A stretch of DNA of 64,000 nt from Bacteroidota bacterium (GCA_021793375.1 JAJYSY010000006.1:894-64893); one strand, 5' to 3'; shown: positions 1 through 11,077, counted from the first letter of the stretch. Notes: a model not told the origin generated them from the sequence alone. Translations and numbers: made by a program.

Positions 1-747
1 CCTTGGGCTTCTTCTTCTGTTTATGCAGATGTAAACACCATTAAAAAAGGAAGTGTAAGCGTTTTTCCTGAAAAACGAGACGGAAACGGATATGCTGCTC
101 GTTTAGAAACCAAAGTGGAGCGCGTAAAAGTTTTAGGTCTTATCAATATTAACGTATTAGCAAGTGGAACTATTTTTTTGGGTGAAACTGTTGAACCCAT
201 AAGAGATACTAAAAATCCACAGTCTAAATTAATTACCGGAATTCCTTTTACCCAAAAACCTGATTTTTTACAATTTGATTATAAAGTACACACCGGCGGT
301 CCTAAACGCCGCATCAACGGATTGAAAAAAAATGGAGAAGCTATTGGAGAAAACGACAAAGCTGAAATACATCTTATTTTACAAAAAAGATGGGAAGATG
401 AAAACGGAAATGTTTTTGCCAAAAGAATTGCCACCGGTTGGCAAAGATTTGAGAAATCTGTAAAATCTTGGCAAAATAATCATCGTGTAGAAATTAATTA
501 CGGAAATATTTCTAAAGAAGATTTCTACCGAGATTATATGCGTTTAAGACAAAAAGATGATGAAGTTTTTTATACTAAAAACAGCAAAGGAAAAATGGTT
601 CCGATTCAAGAAGTCTCTTGGGGAAATCCAAATGAAGAAGTCACCCATTTAATTCTACAATTTTCTTCCAGTAATGGCGGAGCTTATATCGGAAATCCAA
701 AAAGTAAATTATGGATAGACAATGTAAAACTTGTTTATAAAGAATAA
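1..747 (+). CDS. PCMD-like glycan-binding domain protein, C-terminal fragment (5' end outside the window)
   Basis: The frame of tracked ORF 115..747 is open back to base 1 (PWASSSVYADVNTIKKGSVSVFPEKRDGNGYAARLETK-), so GTG 115 is not the true start. The FDYKV / ILQFSSS / WIDNVKLVY pattern resembles Bacteroidota PCMD-domain proteins (recalled, not searched). Confidence 0.5.
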   Translation, partial: PWASSSVYADVNTIKKGSVSVFPEKRDGNGYAARLETKVERVKVLGLININVLASGTIFLGETVEPIRDTKNPQSKLITGIPFTQKPDFLQFDYKVHTGGPKRRINGLKKNGEAIGENDKAEIHLILQKRWEDENGNVFAKRIATGWQRFEKSVKSWQNNHRVEINYGNISKEDFYRDYMRLRQKDDEVFYTKNSKGKMVPIQEVSWGNPNEEVTHLILQFSSSNGGAYIGNPKSKLWIDNVKLVYKE

Positions 748-754
748 GATAATC

Positions 755-790
755 CAAAAAAGGGTTTGACTTAAAAAATCAAACCCTTAA
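755..790 (-). terminator. Intrinsic terminator downstream of recA
   Basis: Perfect 9-bp stem agggtttga (761-769) / tcaaaccct (779-787). On the minus strand it is followed by a T6 run (the A-run at 755-760 on plus). It lies between the convergent genes ending at 747 and 821. Confidence 0.65.
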
Positions 791-820
791 TCTTAACTTA
801 CACAGTTAGTGAGATACTCC

Positions 821-1852
821 CTATGATTTTGCGGTTTTAATAGCTTCTGTTATTTTTTGTTCTAACTCTTCCATTAAATCCGGATTATCTTTTAATACGT
901 TAATCACCGTATCTCTGCCTTGCCCCAATCTGGTATCTTCATAACTATACCAAGATCCGGCTTTTTTAACGATTTCATAATCTACTCCAATATCGATGAT
1001 TTCTCCTACTTTAGAAACTCCTTCTCCATACATAATATCAAATTCTGCCATTCTAAACGGAGGAGCAACTTTGTTTTTGACTACTTTTACTCGGGTTTTA
1101 TTTCCTTTCACCTCGCTGCTACTGTCTTTAATTTGAGTAGATCTTCTGATATCTAAACGCACAGAAGCATAAAACTTTAAAGCATTTCCTCCTGTGGTGG
1201 TTTCCGGATTTCCGAACATCACCCCAATTTTTTCACGCAATTGGTTGATGAAAATCACCGTACAATTTGTTTTACTGATTGTAGAAGTGAGTTTACGCAA
1301 AGCTTGTGACATTAAACGCGCATGCAATCCCATTTTGGAATCTCCCATTTCTCCTTCAATTTCACTCTTTGGCGTTAAAGCTGCCACGGAGTCAATCACA
1401 ATAATATCTATGGCTCCGGAGCGAATTAAATTATCTGCAATTTCTAAAGCTTGCTCTCCATTATCGGGTTGAGAAATAATTAAAGATTCTAAATCAATTC
1501 CTAAATTTTCTGCATAGAAGCGGTCAAAAGCATGCTCTGCATCAATAAAAGCTGCAATTCCACCCTGTTTTTGTGCTTCTGCAATGGCATGTAAAGCTAA
1601 AGTCGTTTTTCCTGAAGATTCCGGCCCATAAATTTCAACAACTCTACCTCTTGGATATCCACCTACTCCCAAAGCAAGATCTAATCCTAAAGATCCTGAA
1701 GGAATCGCATCAACATCTTGCACAGCTTGGTCACTCATTCTCATTACGGTACCTTTTCCGTAAGTTTTATCAAGCTTATCTAAAGTTACTTTTAAAGCTT
1801 TTAACTTTGCAGCTTGTTCTTTACTAACTTCTTTATCTTTTGCTTTACTCAT
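821..1852 (-). CDS. recA: Recombinase RecA
   Basis: 343 aa. Walker [10 protein letters not shown], plus the [47 protein letters not shown] and KNKVAPPF signature blocks. Confidence 0.98.
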   Translation of the reverse strand: MSKAKDKEVSKEQAAKLKALKVTLDKLDKTYGKGTVMRMSDQAVQDVDAIPSGSLGLDLALGVGGYPRGRVVEIYGPESSGKTTLALHAIAEAQKQGGIAAFIDAEHAFDRFYAENLGIDLESLIISQPDNGEQALEIADNLIRSGAIDIIVIDSVAALTPKSEIEGEMGDSKMGLHARLMSQALRKLTSTISKTNCTVIFINQLREKIGVMFGNPETTTGGNALKFYASVRLDIRRSTQIKDSSSEVKGNKTRVKVVKNKVAPPFRMAEFDIMYGEGVSKVGEIIDIGVDYEIVKKAGSWYSYEDTRLGQGRDTVINVLKDNPDLMEELEQKITEAIKTAKS

Positions 1853-2058
1853 TCTACTTTTTTTATCTTTATTATTGAATTGCTAAAATACTATTTATTT
1901 TTTATTCAAGCTTGTTTTTAAAGTGCGAAACCCTTAGTTTTTTTGAGTAAAAGATTTTTATAAAATACTTAATCCTATGATTCACAACTTTTAAAACCTT
2001 TTTTGTTTCAACAAAAACATTGAAAAAATTCAAATTATGTGCAGTATTAAATTTTATG

Positions 2059-2066
2059 TAATTTTG
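2059..2066 (+). promoter_or_regulatory. Bacteroidota-type -7 promoter box (TAnnTTTG) for gpsA
   Basis: taattttg lies 17 nt upstream of ATG 2083. It matches the sigma-A -7 consensus TAnnTTTG known for Bacteroidota. Confidence 0.4.
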
Positions 2067-2082
2067 CACTCAATTTTTCCTT

Positions 2083-3084
2083 ATGAAAAACAACAAAAAA
2101 ATTGCGGTTATAGGTGGAGGAAGTTGGGCCACGGCAATTGTCAAAATATTGACAGAATCTTTAGACCAAGTTTTTTGGTATATGAGAAACAAAAAAGCCA
2201 TTCAACATCTTCAAAAAGAAGGCAATAACCCCAACTACCTGAGTGCAGTAAAATTTAATCAGAAAAAATTATCTTTAACCGACGATATCAATCAAGCAGT
2301 AGCACAAGCAGATTATCTGATTTTTGTGGTTCCCTCTGCCTTTTTATATGATGAATTGCAAAAACTAAATATCTCTTTAGAAAATAAAGTGATTTATAGC
2401 GCTATAAAAGGAATTGTGCCGGAAACAGGGTTGATTGTCGGAGAATATTTTCATAAATATCATCAAATTCCTTATCAAAATATCGGAGTTATTTCTGGAC
2501 CTTGCCATGCAGAAGAAGTTGCTTTAGGCAAACTTTCTTATCTCACCATTGCTTGTAAGGATAAAAATAAGGCACAATTATTAGCAGATATTTTCAACAA
2601 TCATTATATCAACTGCATCGTAAGTCAAGATATTATGGGAACAGAATATGCTGCTATGCTGAAAAACATTTATGCTATTGCTGCCGGAATTTATCACGCT
2701 TTGGGATATGGAGATAATTTTCAAAGTGTATTGATGAGTAATGCCATTCGAGAAACAGAAAGATTTATCAAAAACATTGATCAAACTGAAAGAAACATCA
2801 ATGATTCTGCTTATTTAGGAGATTTATTGGTAACCGGATATTCCTCTTTCAGCAGAAACAGAATGTTGGGAAATATGATTGGAAAAGGATACACCGTTCA
2901 AAATGCACAGCTGGAAATGAGCATGATTGCAGAAGGCTATTACGCCGCAAGATGTGCATATCATCTCAATTACAACCAACCTCAACCTGTTGCTATTCCT
3001 ATAATAGAAGCTGTTTATAAAGTTTTATATCATCAAGAAAACCCTTCGGAAATCATGCTTAATCTCACCAAAAGATTAAACTGA
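2083..3084 (+). CDS. gpsA: NAD(P)H-dependent glycerol-3-phosphate dehydrogenase
   Basis: 333 aa. N-terminal Rossmann motif IAVIGGGSWATA, plus the GPCHAEEVA and NIYAIAAG blocks typical of GpsA. Confidence 0.92.
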   Translation: MKNNKKIAVIGGGSWATAIVKILTESLDQVFWYMRNKKAIQHLQKEGNNPNYLSAVKFNQKKLSLTDDINQAVAQADYLIFVVPSAFLYDELQKLNISLENKVIYSAIKGIVPETGLIVGEYFHKYHQIPYQNIGVISGPCHAEEVALGKLSYLTIACKDKNKAQLLADIFNNHYINCIVSQDIMGTEYAAMLKNIYAIAAGIYHALGYGDNFQSVLMSNAIRETERFIKNIDQTERNINDSAYLGDLLVTGYSSFSRNRMLGNMIGKGYTVQNAQLEMSMIAEGYYAARCAYHLNYNQPQPVAIPIIEAVYKVLYHQENPSEIMLNLTKRLN

Positions 3085-3123
3085 TTTAAAAGGAAATTTT
3101 ATCTATTTAAATAAAATACTACA

Positions 3124-4017
3124 GTGAAAAATTCAACTTTTTTAGGCGGGATTTTAGTCGCCATTGGTGCTGCTTGTTATGGAATGCTGACCACTTTTGT
3201 GAAACTGGCAGAAAATCATGGTTTCAATATGTATGAAATCACCCTAACAGAATATATTATTGGGGTGCCGGCTTTATTTCTTGTAGATTATTTTATGAGA
3301 AAAAGAAATCCACAGAAAAAACACCCCAAACCCACTGCAAAAAACATCAGAAATCTAATGTTGGCAGGAGGAACTATGGGAATCACCACTTTTGTATATT
3401 ATCTTTCTGTTCAATATATTTCTGTTTCCATAGCTATTGTGCTGCTGATGCAAAGCGTGTGGATTGGCGTGCTTTTAGATGCAATTTTCAACAAAACAAA
3501 ACCCGATTTTTTAAAACTGATTGCAGTAATCATCGTTTTAGGAGGAACCGTATTGGCAACAAATCTGTTTTTCTCTGAAATTATTTTAGATTGGAGAGGA
3601 ATTGCCTTAGGTTTTTTAGCCGCAATTTCTTACAGTATTACTATTCTTGCCACCAACAAAGTAGGCTTGGAGCTTTCTACCGCAACACGAAGTAAATATA
3701 TGGCTTTGGGTGCTTTAGTGTTGGTTTCTTTTATTACGATTCCTTTAATAATTGATAATTTCCACGTAGAAATCCTTTATACTTGGGGAATATTTTTCGG
3801 TGTTTTTGGTGCTTTACTCCCTCCGTTATTGTTAAACTATGGAATGCCAAAAGTCAACTTAGGCGTTGGAGCAATTATCACTTCTATGGAATTACCTGTT
3901 GCCGTTGCTTTGGCTTATTTCCTCTTAAATGAAGAGGTAAATATTTATCAGGTTTTAGGAATTATTTTAATTCTAATTGCGGTGGTAACTATGAATATAA
4001 GAGAAATTAGAAGTTAA
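3124..4017 (+). CDS. EamA/DMT-family transporter
   Basis: 297 aa, GTG start. About 10 predicted TM helices in two similar halves, the typical drug/metabolite transporter architecture. Confidence 0.8.
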   Translation: MKNSTFLGGILVAIGAACYGMLTTFVKLAENHGFNMYEITLTEYIIGVPALFLVDYFMRKRNPQKKHPKPTAKNIRNLMLAGGTMGITTFVYYLSVQYISVSIAIVLLMQSVWIGVLLDAIFNKTKPDFLKLIAVIIVLGGTVLATNLFFSEIILDWRGIALGFLAAISYSITILATNKVGLELSTATRSKYMALGALVLVSFITIPLIIDNFHVEILYTWGIFFGVFGALLPPLLLNYGMPKVNLGVGAIITSMELPVAVALAYFLLNEEVNIYQVLGIILILIAVVTMNIREIRS

Positions 4018-4102
4018 TTCTAAAAATAAGTTTAAACTCCTATTTGAATTTCAGTTTTTCTTCTATATTTATCGTTCAAACAAAACCAATTAAAAATTAA
4101 AA

Positions 4103-4771
4103 ATGAAAAAATTAAAATTTTTAGCATTAGTTTGCTTTTTAGCTGTCTTCACAGCTTGCAGTAGTGATGACGACAACAACAATGATAATGATGGACCAGC
4201 TGGCATGAATTCTTTTACATATAATGGAAAAACCTATCAATTGTCCTCCGGAATCATAGAAAAAGAAGATGAAGGAGACTATAGTGATGATGGTTCTACA
4301 GAATTTTATCTTTCGCTTACCACTTCTGAATTAAGCGAAGATGAAGATGGTGAATTATATACTTCTGATGATGAATTTTCTATTATTAGCTTTAATCTTT
4401 TCTCTAAAGAAACAGGAGATATTGAACCGGGAGTTTATCATTTTAATGATGATTATAATATAGAATTTACTTTTGATGATGGAATTGCTTTGCTCGATGT
4501 GGAAGTAGATTGGGATGAAGTTGATCCCGGCATAATAGATTTAGATGATCCAAATGTTTCTTGGGGAGCAATTTTAGGCATAGATTCAGGAGAAATTGAA
4601 GTGCACGAATCTGGAAGCACTTATGATATTGATTTTGAATTCACGATGATTAATAATAAAAAAATCAAAGGAAATTATACGGGTTCTTTAGAGTTTTATG
4701 ACGACAATAACACTGGAAAACCTGCTAAAACCAACAGTTTATTAAAAAACTTTCAAAAGGTTTTTAACTAA
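4103..4771 (+). CDS. Acidic lipoprotein of unknown function, probably surface exposed
   Basis: 222 aa. Signal peptide MKKLKFLALVCFLAVFTAC with a lipobox Cys, followed by SSDDDNNNDND. This is an acidic post-Cys run like the Bacteroidota lipoprotein export signal. Confidence 0.7.
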   Translation: MKKLKFLALVCFLAVFTACSSDDDNNNDNDGPAGMNSFTYNGKTYQLSSGIIEKEDEGDYSDDGSTEFYLSLTTSELSEDEDGELYTSDDEFSIISFNLFSKETGDIEPGVYHFNDDYNIEFTFDDGIALLDVEVDWDEVDPGIIDLDDPNVSWGAILGIDSGEIEVHESGSTYDIDFEFTMINNKKIKGNYTGSLEFYDDNNTGKPAKTNSLLKNFQKVFN

Positions 4772-4791
4772 AGCTTTTTTTAAGAAAAAAT

Positions 4792-4822
4792 TAAAAAACC
4801 GGCTTTTTAGTCGGTTTTTTTA
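4792..4822 (+). terminator. Intrinsic terminator after the 4103..4771 lipoprotein gene
   Basis: Stem aaccggc (4797-4803) / gtcggtt (4810-4816) with one G-U pair, followed by a T7 run. It overlaps the stop codon of the convergent gene 4807..5457. Confidence 0.5.
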
Positions 4823-5457
4823 ATTTTATGTATTTGCTGAGGATTAAAAACTTCAATTCCTGAATTTGCATTTTTTAATTTCATCAACATTACTTTTGCT
4901 AAATCTTTTACAGAAAGAGGTTTTAAGTTTTTTAAGATTCCTAACTTATTTAAAAAACTAATCAAAGAAACCCCTAAACGCTCCCCTGTTCTATCTGAAT
5001 TTGGACGAATTAAAGAAGGAGGTCTAAAAATTTGTAAGTTTTCAAAATGTAAAGCTTTTATTTTTTCTTCTATTTCTCCTTTCATTCGTTGATAAAATAT
5101 TTTTGCTTTAGGATTTGCTCCAAAACTTGAAATTAAGGAAAAAGTGACAATTCCGTTTTCTTTTGCCAAACGTGCAAATTCCACTTGATAATCCACCTCG
5201 ATTTTCCATTGATTTTCTTTGCTCCCGGCTGCTTTTAAAGTTGTTCCTAAACAAGAAATAGCTTTATCTGCTTGAAATTCTGCGGTATAATCTTTCAAGT
5301 TTTCAAAATCAACAATGATTTCTTTTAGTTTTTCTTGATTTCCAAAATACTTCCGACGATTCAGCAAAATAATTTTTGAGACTTCTTTGTCTGCCAATAA
5401 TTCTTTAACCAAACATTTTCCGGTGGCTCCGGTTGAACCTATTAAGATTACTCTCAT
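4807..5457 (-). CDS. NAD(P)H-binding (atypical SDR / NmrA-HTATIP2-like) oxidoreductase
   Basis: 216 aa. N-terminal VILIGSTGATGKCLVKELL glycine-rich dinucleotide-binding motif. Confidence 0.75.
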   Translation of the reverse strand: MRVILIGSTGATGKCLVKELLADKEVSKIILLNRRKYFGNQEKLKEIIVDFENLKDYTAEFQADKAISCLGTTLKAAGSKENQWKIEVDYQVEFARLAKENGIVTFSLISSFGANPKAKIFYQRMKGEIEEKIKALHFENLQIFRPPSLIRPNSDRTGERLGVSLISFLNKLGILKNLKPLSVKDLAKVMLMKLKNANSGIEVFNPQQIHKIKKTD

Positions 5458-5577
5458 CTTTTTTTAATAAAGATAAACAATTTAATTCAGGTTAAAATAT
5501 CATAAAAAACACTGCACTTATAAAATAAGCTTATTTCTTTCTGTTATATTTGATTACCCACTTTGATGGGAAAAGCT

Positions 5578-5585
5578 TAATTTTG
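5578..5585 (+). promoter_or_regulatory. -7 promoter box (TAnnTTTG) for rbfA
   Basis: taattttg ends 6 nt before ATG 5591, which implies a leaderless or very short-leader mRNA. Confidence 0.35.
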
Positions 5586-5590
5586 TAATT

Positions 5591-5989
5591 ATGGAAAAAG
5601 AAACAAACAGACAGAAGAAAGTTGGTAAACTCATACAACACGATCTTGCAGAAATTATTCAACAAGAATTGAGAAAATTTGGCAAATCCGGGATAATTGT
5701 AAGTGTTTCCAAAGTAAGAGTAACTTCAGATTTCTCTTTGGCTAAAGCTTATTTAAGTATTTTCCCTAATGATAAGGCTGAAAGTGTGATGGAAGATTTA
5801 CAAAAACATCGTTTACAATTAAAAAATAAAATTGCACAACGCGCTAAACATCAATTGCGAAAAATGCCGGATTTACTGTTGTATTTAGATGATAGTTTAG
5901 AATATATCAACAACATTGAACAAGCCATAAAAGGAAAAGAAGACCCTATTAAAAAACCTGATTTATTAGATAAGCGTAAAAAATTATAA
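5591..5989 (+). CDS. rbfA: Ribosome-binding factor A
   Basis: 132 aa. Shows RbfA family features: VSVSKVRVTSDFSLAKAYLSIF, and the KHQLRKMPDLLLYLDDS region corresponding to the conserved R.P.L.F motif. Confidence 0.9.
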   Translation: MEKETNRQKKVGKLIQHDLAEIIQQELRKFGKSGIIVSVSKVRVTSDFSLAKAYLSIFPNDKAESVMEDLQKHRLQLKNKIAQRAKHQLRKMPDLLLYLDDSLEYINNIEQAIKGKEDPIKKPDLLDKRKKL

Positions 5990-7189
5990 TTGAAATTTTC
6001 ATTTTACATCGCTAAGCGTTATCTATTTTCAAAAAGTAAAAACAATGCCATAAATATCATCACCTTAATTGCCGGAATTGGTGTTTTTGCCGGTGCTTTG
6101 GCATTGTTTATTGTGTTATCAGGATTTGCCGGACTTAAAGAATTCAGCATTGAATATACCAATGACATAGATCCGGATTTAAAAATTATTCCTGCAAAAG
6201 GAAAATATTTTTCTTTAGATAGCAGTAAAGCAAAAAAACTTAGAGGACTTCAAGGCATAGAAAATTACACTAAAGTTATTGAAGAAAGAGTTTTGTTGAC
6301 TTATGACAACAGAAGTATGCCTGCTTTTATCAAAGGAGTAGATTTTAATTATAACAATACTACAGCTACTGATAAATCTGTTGTTGCCGGAGAATGGTTT
6401 GCCCAAGGAGAACAACATATTGTGATGGGCATCGGAATTTCCCGAAAACTTTCTATGGGATTAAGCGGATATGGAGATATTTTAGAAATTCGTGTTCCCA
6501 AACCCGGAAAGGGAATTATCACCGATCCTTCAAAAGCTTTTAATACAATCAACACTGTTCCCGTTGGCGTTTACAGCATTAATGAAGATTTAAATGATCA
6601 ATATATTTTTGCTCCACTTTCTTTAGCTGAAGAACTTTTAAACCTTGACAAAAATCAAATCTCCGGGATTGAATTAAAATTGGCAGAAAAAGCCAAAGAA
6701 AAAAATGTAAAAAAAGATTTACAAGAAATTTTTGGCGATGAAATTTTGATTAAAAACAGAATAGAACTCAATGATGAGCTTTATAAAATGCTCAACACAG
6801 AAAACTTGGCAGTTTATTTAATCTTTACTTTTGTTTTAATTATTGCTTTATTTAATGTAGGCGGCGCTATTGTAATGGCAATTTTAGACAAAAGAGAAAA
6901 CATCAAAACCCTGTTTTATTTAGGTGCTGAAACCAAAAATATCAAACAGATTTTCCTGCTTCAAGGCGTTTTACTCACTTTTATAGGGGGAATTTTAGGA
7001 TTAATCATCGGCGTTATTGTTGTTTTATTACAACAGAAATATGGTTTAGTGATGATTTCCCATGATTTACCTTATCCTATTTTATTAGAGTTTAAAAACC
7101 TCGTTATTGTGTTTATAACCATTATGGTTTTAGGAACTTTTGCTTCTTTAATAGGCGCAACAAGAGTTTCAAAAGCTTTAGAAATTTAA
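5990..7189 (+). CDS. FtsX-like ABC transporter permease (LolC/E-like)
   Basis: 399 aa, TTG start immediately after the rbfA stop. One N-terminal TM helix, a large periplasmic MacB-like domain, and three C-terminal TM helices (FtsX fold). Confidence 0.85.
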   Translation: MKFSFYIAKRYLFSKSKNNAINIITLIAGIGVFAGALALFIVLSGFAGLKEFSIEYTNDIDPDLKIIPAKGKYFSLDSSKAKKLRGLQGIENYTKVIEERVLLTYDNRSMPAFIKGVDFNYNNTTATDKSVVAGEWFAQGEQHIVMGIGISRKLSMGLSGYGDILEIRVPKPGKGIITDPSKAFNTINTVPVGVYSINEDLNDQYIFAPLSLAEELLNLDKNQISGIELKLAEKAKEKNVKKDLQEIFGDEILIKNRIELNDELYKMLNTENLAVYLIFTFVLIIALFNVGGAIVMAILDKRENIKTLFYLGAETKNIKQIFLLQGVLLTFIGGILGLIIGVIVVLLQQKYGLVMISHDLPYPILLEFKNLVIVFITIMVLGTFASLIGATRVSKALEI

Positions 7190-7190
7190 T

Positions 7191-8993
7191 TTAATCCTCA
7201 TCCAATTTCAACACCGCCATAAATGCTTCTTGTGGAATTTCTACATTTCCTACGGAACGCATTCGCTTTTTTCCTGCTTTTTGTTTTTCTAATAATTTTC
7301 TTTTTCTTGAAATATCTCCTCCATAACATTTTGCGGTTACGTCTTTACGCAAGGCTTTTACGGTTTCACGAGCAATAATTTTTGCACCGATTGCCGCCTG
7401 AATAGGAATATCAAACTGTTGTCTTGGAATCAGTTTTTGAAGTTTTTTACAGATTTTCTTTCCTACTTCATACGCATTATCTCTATGTAATAAAGCAGAA
7501 AGCGCATCTACCATTTTTCCGTTTAGAAGAATATCTACTTTTACCAAGTCTGATTTTCTCATTCCGATTGGCGTATAATCAAAAGAAGCATATCCTCTGG
7601 AAACTGTTTTCAAACGATCATAAAAATCAAAAACAATTTCTGCTAAAGGCATATTAAAAGTTAATTCTACTCGCTGGGTTGTCAAATAAGTTTGGTTGAC
7701 GATTTCTCCTCTTTTAGAAATACACAATTCCATTATAGGACCGATGAAATCTGCTTTGGTAATTATGCTGGCTTCGATGTAAGGTTCTTCCACGCGTTCC
7801 ATCAAAGAAGGATCCGGTAAATCTGAAGGATTATTCACCAAAATAGGATCATCTTCAGGAGTGGTTCTTTCAAAAGCATGATAAGAAACGTTGGGAACAG
7901 TAGTAATTACAGTCATATTAAATTCACGTTCCAAACGTTCTTGAATAATTTCAAGATGCAGCATTCCTAAGAATCCACAACGAAAACCAAATCCTAAAGC
8001 TGCTGAACTTTCCGGTATAAAAACCACGGAAGCATCATTGAGTTGCAATTTTTCCATCGCTCCGCGTAATTCTTCATAATCATCGGTATCTACAGGGTAA
8101 ATCCCTGCAAAAACCATAGGTTTTACATCTTCAAAACCGCCGATAACTTCTGTTGTCGGATTTTCAGCATCTGTGATGGTATCTCCAACTTTTACTTCTC
8201 TGGCATCTTTAATTCCGGTGATTAAATACCCGACATCTCCTGTTTTTATTTCTTTTTTGGGTTCTTGTTTTAATCCTAAAGTTCCTACCTCATCAGCATA
8301 ATAATCTTTATCTGTGTTGATAAATTTTATGTGCTGTCCTTTTTTAATACTTCCGTTATACACACGGAAATAAGTTTCTACTCCTCTGAAAGGATTATAA
8401 ACCGAATCAAAAATCAAAGCTCTTAAAGATTCGTCCGGATTTCCTTCAGGAGCAGGGATTCTTTCAATAATTGCTTTTAAGATATCCTCAACTCCTTGTC
8501 CGGTTTTTGCACTTGCCAAAATGATTTCTTCATGTTCACAACCCAATAAATCCACTAAATCATCAGAAGCTTCTTCTACATTTGCACTGGGAAGATCTAC
8601 TTTATTTAAAATCGGAATAATTTCCAAATCATTTTCTAAAGCCAAATATAAGTTTGAAATCGTTTGAGCTTGAATTCCTTGTACGGCATCAACAATCAAC
8701 AAAGCCCCCTCACAAGCGGCTAAAGATCTGGAAACTTCATAAGAAAAATCTACGTGTCCCGGCGTGTCAATTAAGTTCAACACATAATCTTGCTCTTCAA
8801 ATTTATAATCCATTTGAATAGCTTTACTTTTTATTGTAATTCCTCGCTCACGTTCTAAATCCATACTATCTAAAAGCTGATCTTGTTTTTCGCGATCTGT
8901 TACTGAACCTGTTGCATCCAACAAGCGATCGGCCAAGGTGCTTTTTCCATGATCAATATGAGCTATAATACAAAAGTTACGAAAATGTTTCAT
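7191..8993 (-). CDS. lepA: Translation elongation factor 4 (LepA)
   Basis: The G domain begins [25 protein letters not shown], followed by DTPGHVDF and NKVD motifs and the LepA C-terminal domain. ATG 8993 is preferred over the tracked TTG 9008 because LepA orthologs start at this MK.IRNF position. Confidence 0.96.
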   Translation of the reverse strand: MKHFRNFCIIAHIDHGKSTLADRLLDATGSVTDREKQDQLLDSMDLERERGITIKSKAIQMDYKFEEQDYVLNLIDTPGHVDFSYEVSRSLAACEGALLIVDAVQGIQAQTISNLYLALENDLEIIPILNKVDLPSANVEEASDDLVDLLGCEHEEIILASAKTGQGVEDILKAIIERIPAPEGNPDESLRALIFDSVYNPFRGVETYFRVYNGSIKKGQHIKFINTDKDYYADEVGTLGLKQEPKKEIKTGDVGYLITGIKDAREVKVGDTITDAENPTTEVIGGFEDVKPMVFAGIYPVDTDDYEELRGAMEKLQLNDASVVFIPESSAALGFGFRCGFLGMLHLEIIQERLEREFNMTVITTVPNVSYHAFERTTPEDDPILVNNPSDLPDPSLMERVEEPYIEASIITKADFIGPIMELCISKRGEIVNQTYLTTQRVELTFNMPLAEIVFDFYDRLKTVSRGYASFDYTPIGMRKSDLVKVDILLNGKMVDALSALLHRDNAYEVGKKICKKLQKLIPRQQFDIPIQAAIGAKIIARETVKALRKDVTAKCYGGDISRKRKLLEKQKAGKKRMRSVGNVEIPQEAFMAVLKLDED

Positions 8994-9030
8994 CTTACTT
9001 AATTTCAATATCCTGATTTGGCAAAAGCTA

Positions 9031-9038
9031 CAAATATA
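9031..9038 (-). promoter_or_regulatory. -7 promoter box for lepA
   Basis: The minus strand reads tatatttg (TAnnTTTG), 37 nt upstream of ATG 8993. Confidence 0.4.
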
Positions 9039-9122
9039 AGCTTTTTATCATAGACTTAAAGATAAAGAATAAGTATGAATTTTTTAATTCAGAAAACTTT
9101 ATTTTTTAAAGCACTCTATTTT

Positions 9123-9130
9123 TATTTTTG
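9123..9130 (+). promoter_or_regulatory. -7 promoter box for the DUF2945 gene
   Basis: tatttttg matches TAnnTTTG and lies upstream of ATG 9194. Confidence 0.35.
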
Positions 9131-9193
9131 CGCAAATTCTAATTCTTCTTTTTTTGTACATTGATTTTCATTAACTTATCACACAAAATCATT

Positions 9194-9406
9194 ATGGCTA
9201 AAAAATATAAAGTAGGCGATAAAGTAAGTTGGAATTCTGAAGCCGGAAAAGTTTCCGGAAAAATCATTAAAGTTCACACCAAAGATTTTCAATATAAAGG
9301 ATATACGCACCACGCTTCAAAAAAAGATCCTCAATATGAAATTAAAAGCAGTAAAACAGATCATATTGCTGCGCATAAAGGTTCTGCATTGACTTTAATA
9401 AAATAA
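9194..9406 (+). CDS. DUF2945 (hypervirulence-associated TUDOR-like) small protein
   Basis: MAKKYKVGDKVSWNSEAGKVSGKIIKVHTKD...DPQYEIKS matches the remembered DUF2945 pattern. ATG 9194 is preferred over the tracked TTG 9161, which adds a hydrophobic non-conserved extension. Confidence 0.6.
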   Translation: MAKKYKVGDKVSWNSEAGKVSGKIIKVHTKDFQYKGYTHHASKKDPQYEIKSSKTDHIAAHKGSALTLIK

Positions 9407-9522
9407 ATCGTTTTTTACAAAATTGAATTGATGAGAATTATTATAGATAAAAAACTCATTTTAATTTAGAAAAGCTGTAATTTGATAATATTTACGACTT
9501 TTGCAAACTCAAGAGTTTTATT

Positions 9523-9831
9523 ATGCATATTTATAATGTTACTATCAATATTGATGAAAGCGTTCACGACGAATGGGTTAAATGGATGAAAGAAGAACAT
9601 ATTCCTGATATGTTGGCCACCGGAAAATTTACTCAAGCTTTGATGAGCAGGGTTTTGGTTAAAGAAGCTATGGGCGGAATCACCTATTCTGTGCAATATC
9701 AAACCAAAGATCGAGAAACATTAAATCTTTATTATCAAGAAGATGCAGAAAGATTAAGAAAAGAATCTAAACGCTTTGAAGGAAAAGCTGTTTATTTTCG
9801 CACAGAAATGGAAATCATCCATCAACAATGA
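9523..9831 (+). CDS. DUF4286 family protein
   Basis: 102 aa. [31 protein letters not shown] is the typical DUF4286 N-terminus. It overlaps rsmA by 4 nt (ATGA), a common Bacteroidota arrangement. Confidence 0.6.
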   Translation: MHIYNVTINIDESVHDEWVKWMKEEHIPDMLATGKFTQALMSRVLVKEAMGGITYSVQYQTKDRETLNLYYQEDAERLRKESKRFEGKAVYFRTEMEIIHQQ

Positions 9832-10673
9832 GAAAGAAAAAAAGATATCATCGTCAAAAAGGCCAGCGTTCCACCGATCCGGTGAGGGCAAAAAAATTCT
9901 TAGGTCAACATTTTTTAACCGATGAAAGTATTGCCCGCAGGATTGGAGAAAGCATCTCTCCTAAACAAACAAATAATTTACTGGAAATCGGTCCGGGAAC
10001 AGGAGTTTTAACTAAACATCTTTTGCAAAATTCTTGGAATTTAAAAGTGATGGAATTAGACCGAGAATCTGTTGCTTATTTACACCGAGGTTTTAAAGAG
10101 GAAAACTTTCAAATTTCTGATAAGAATTTCACTATTATCGAAGCTGATTTTTTAAAGTTTAATTTAGCTGATATTTTTCCTGAAGAAGAATTTGCCATTA
10201 TTGGGAATTTCCCTTACAATATTTCTTCTCAAATTCTTTTTAAAACCATAGAAAACAGAGATCGCATTCCGGTTTTCAGCGGCATGTTTCAAAAAGAAGT
10301 CGCCAAAAGAATTTGCGAAAAACCGGGAACCAAAACTTATGGAATTTTATCTGTTTTAACCCAAGCTTTTTATGAAGCTGAATATCTTTTTACGGTTCCG
10401 CCTTCTGTTTTTTCTCCTCCGCCAAAAGTGGATAGCGGAGTGTTAAGATTGATTAGAAAAGAAAATTTCAAATTAGAATGTGATGAGAAATTATTTTTTA
10501 AAGTAGTCAAACAAGCTTTTCAACAAAGAAGAAAAACTTTGCGCAACAGCTTAAAATCCTTTCAGCTTTCTGAAGAATTAAGAGTAAAGCCTATTTTTGA
10601 CAAACGTCCCGAAAGATTGGGAGTAGAAGATTTTATAGTTTTAACAAACTTAATTGAACAAGATAAAATTTAA
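9828..10673 (+). CDS. rsmA: 16S rRNA (adenine1518/1519-N6)-dimethyltransferase
   Basis: 281 aa. LGQHFL, the SAM motif [11 protein letters not shown], and GNFPYNISS. Confidence 0.93.
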   Translation: MRKKKRYHRQKGQRSTDPVRAKKFLGQHFLTDESIARRIGESISPKQTNNLLEIGPGTGVLTKHLLQNSWNLKVMELDRESVAYLHRGFKEENFQISDKNFTIIEADFLKFNLADIFPEEEFAIIGNFPYNISSQILFKTIENRDRIPVFSGMFQKEVAKRICEKPGTKTYGILSVLTQAFYEAEYLFTVPPSVFSPPPKVDSGVLRLIRKENFKLECDEKLFFKVVKQAFQQRRKTLRNSLKSFQLSEELRVKPIFDKRPERLGVEDFIVLTNLIEQDKI

Positions 10674-11077
10674 AGCAAAGGATTTTTTCGATTTGCTTTT
10701 TTCTCTGCTTTTCGCTTTTTTTCTTGTAAACGTTTTTCGTGGAATTTCTTTCCCGGTTTTACTTTTTTTCGCTTTTTTACCGGTTGAAGATATTTTCTGA
10801 TCAACTTTAAAAATCTTTGATTTACAATTTCTTTGTTTTGATGTTGACTCCTGGTTTCTTCACTTGAAAGCTGAAAAACTCCGGATTTGGTAACATATTT
10901 TTCTCCTCTTTTTTGTAATATTTCAAGCTGTTTTTTATTAAAAACAGCAGTGTTTTGCATTTCCCACTCCAAAGTGATTTTAGAGTGGGTTTTATTGGCA
11001 TGTTGTCCGCCCGGCCCACTGCTTAAAGCAGCTTTGTAAGTTAATTCCTCTAAAAGTTGTTTTTCGTTAAAATGCAT
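10670..11077 (-). CDS. arfB: Alternative ribosome-rescue factor ArfB (peptidyl-tRNA hydrolase, YaeJ family)
   Basis: 135 aa. GGQ motif in [15 protein letters not shown] and a Lys/Arg-rich C-terminal tail. Confidence 0.85.
   Translation of the reverse strand: MHFNEKQLLEELTYKAALSSGPGGQHANKTHSKITLEWEMQNTAVFNKKQLEILQKRGEKYVTKSGVFQLSSEETRSQHQNKEIVNQRFLKLIRKYLQPVKKRKKVKPGKKFHEKRLQEKKRKAEKKANRKNPLL

Noticed and set aside
920..1827. Three plus-strand ORFs (920..1156, 1194..1472, 1573..1827) inside the recA region
   Set aside because: They lie entirely antisense to a full-length, strongly conserved recA. Their translations are low-complexity with no motifs, the typical shadow ORFs of an AT-rich genome.
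2037..2228. 63-aa ORF overlapping the gpsA start
   Set aside because: It is out of frame with the well-supported gpsA gene, and the predicted -7 box at 2059 lies inside it.
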